Made by a program: the position numbers and the translations under genes. A DNA stretch of 64,000 nucleotides from assembly GCF_018977255.1 (NCBI RefSeq), contig NW_024704743.1, forward strand, positions 48,176,001-48,240,000, in the 5' to 3' direction. Source of the stretch: Callorhinchus milii (lineage: Eukaryota). Below the pieces are notes generated by a model that saw only the letters and a program-made list of their open reading frames with translations, was not told the origin of the DNA and did not search any database. Shown here one piece after another: positions 63,269 through 64,000 of this stretch. Positions within the stretch are counted from its first letter, which is position 1. Every line of letters starts with the position of its first letter.

Positions 63269-63920
63269 CTGCACAATACTTGAGTTTCCATGTGCATAAC
63301 TGTTTGTAAATTGTGACTGATAATTTACATTTTCTACCTGCGGTCCTTTCCCAGTTTCTTGGTAAGGTCTATAATGGCCAGTAAGACAAAATGTCACATT
63401 GTGGACAGGTGGACAGAAAAGTACTGGTGGATACCACTAACAGCAAGCATGAATAATTTCAATACCGGATAACTCTCGGAAACCAGAGTGGTGTTTCACA
63501 ACACTTTCCTTGAGGGTGCAATGTGAAAACTCCAAAATAGCCAGGTCTTATCACTCATAGTGCTTGAATAATGCAATCCAATATAAAGGAATCAGGTTGG
63601 GAATTCCTTGTAACTGGATGTGTATCAAATCTCATTGAACCAGGCAATTACACTCCAAAAGTAAACTGTGTCAGAGCAGAATTCCCATAAGTCACTGAGA
63701 TGCACATCTGGTTTCCATATTAAAGAATCTCACTAGAAAGTGCAGCATAGTAGACCCTTATATTTTGCAAACCTTTCCAATAAAATAATGTTATACCTCT
63801 TGGAAATATTAATTAAATGCTATGCAATTCAGTAAGTATTTCATCACTCCAAATATACTTTTCAAGGAATAAGGTCTGAATAGCAATATTTTCAAACCAT
63901 ATTTTTTCAACTAATTGGTG

Positions 63921-63992
63921 TTTTTTTTAGTCAGCTGGATATCTAAGCATGCAGAAACCCATCACCAAGCTGCAGTGTATCCAAATCAGACT
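63921..63992 (-). mobile_element. Third copy of the unclassified A-tailed repeat (3' end)
   Basis: T-run followed by AGTCAGCTGGATATCTAAGCATGCAGAAACCCATCACCA. Confidence 0.65.
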
Positions 63993-64000
63993 AAGAGTTT

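Noticed and set aside
62843..63397. 184-aa minus-strand ORF
   Set aside because: Non-ATG start, AT-driven composition and no motif; antisense to a better-supported + strand exon model
1..64000. CRISPR-like, retron-like or other prokaryotic RT systems
   Set aside because: No regularly spaced repeat-spacer array or operon structure; all RT motifs belong to vertebrate L2/CR1 LINEs

Overview
AT-rich, CpG-poor vertebrate intronic/intergenic DNA. The repeat inventory suggests a cartilaginous fish, possibly a chimaera (inference only). A large share of the window is retroposon-derived: young and old L2 LINE fragments (one, 47604-48942, keeps a 410-codon open RT-to-C-terminus frame), CR1 LINE 3' fragments, many tRNA-Ala-headed SINEs with an L2-type 3' tail (short and long variants), older DeuSINE/SacSINE1-like copies, a Penelope-like remnant, small DNA-transposon relics and several nested insertions. 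Almost all ORFs in the supplied track are TE fragments or chance. I could not recognise a host gene. A few splice-flanked open segments (6158-6242 +, 62501-62596 +, 63231-63268 +, 13521-13693 -) are candidate exons only. I found no CRISPR array, rRNA, real tRNA or convincing novel system. The most interesting items are the covarying SINE/L2 3' stem-loop, an unclassified poly(A)-tailed repeat, a bipartite CR1-tailed element, an 89-bp hAT-type MITE with an exact 8-bp TSD, and three long inverted repeats. Boundaries of old repeats are approximate.
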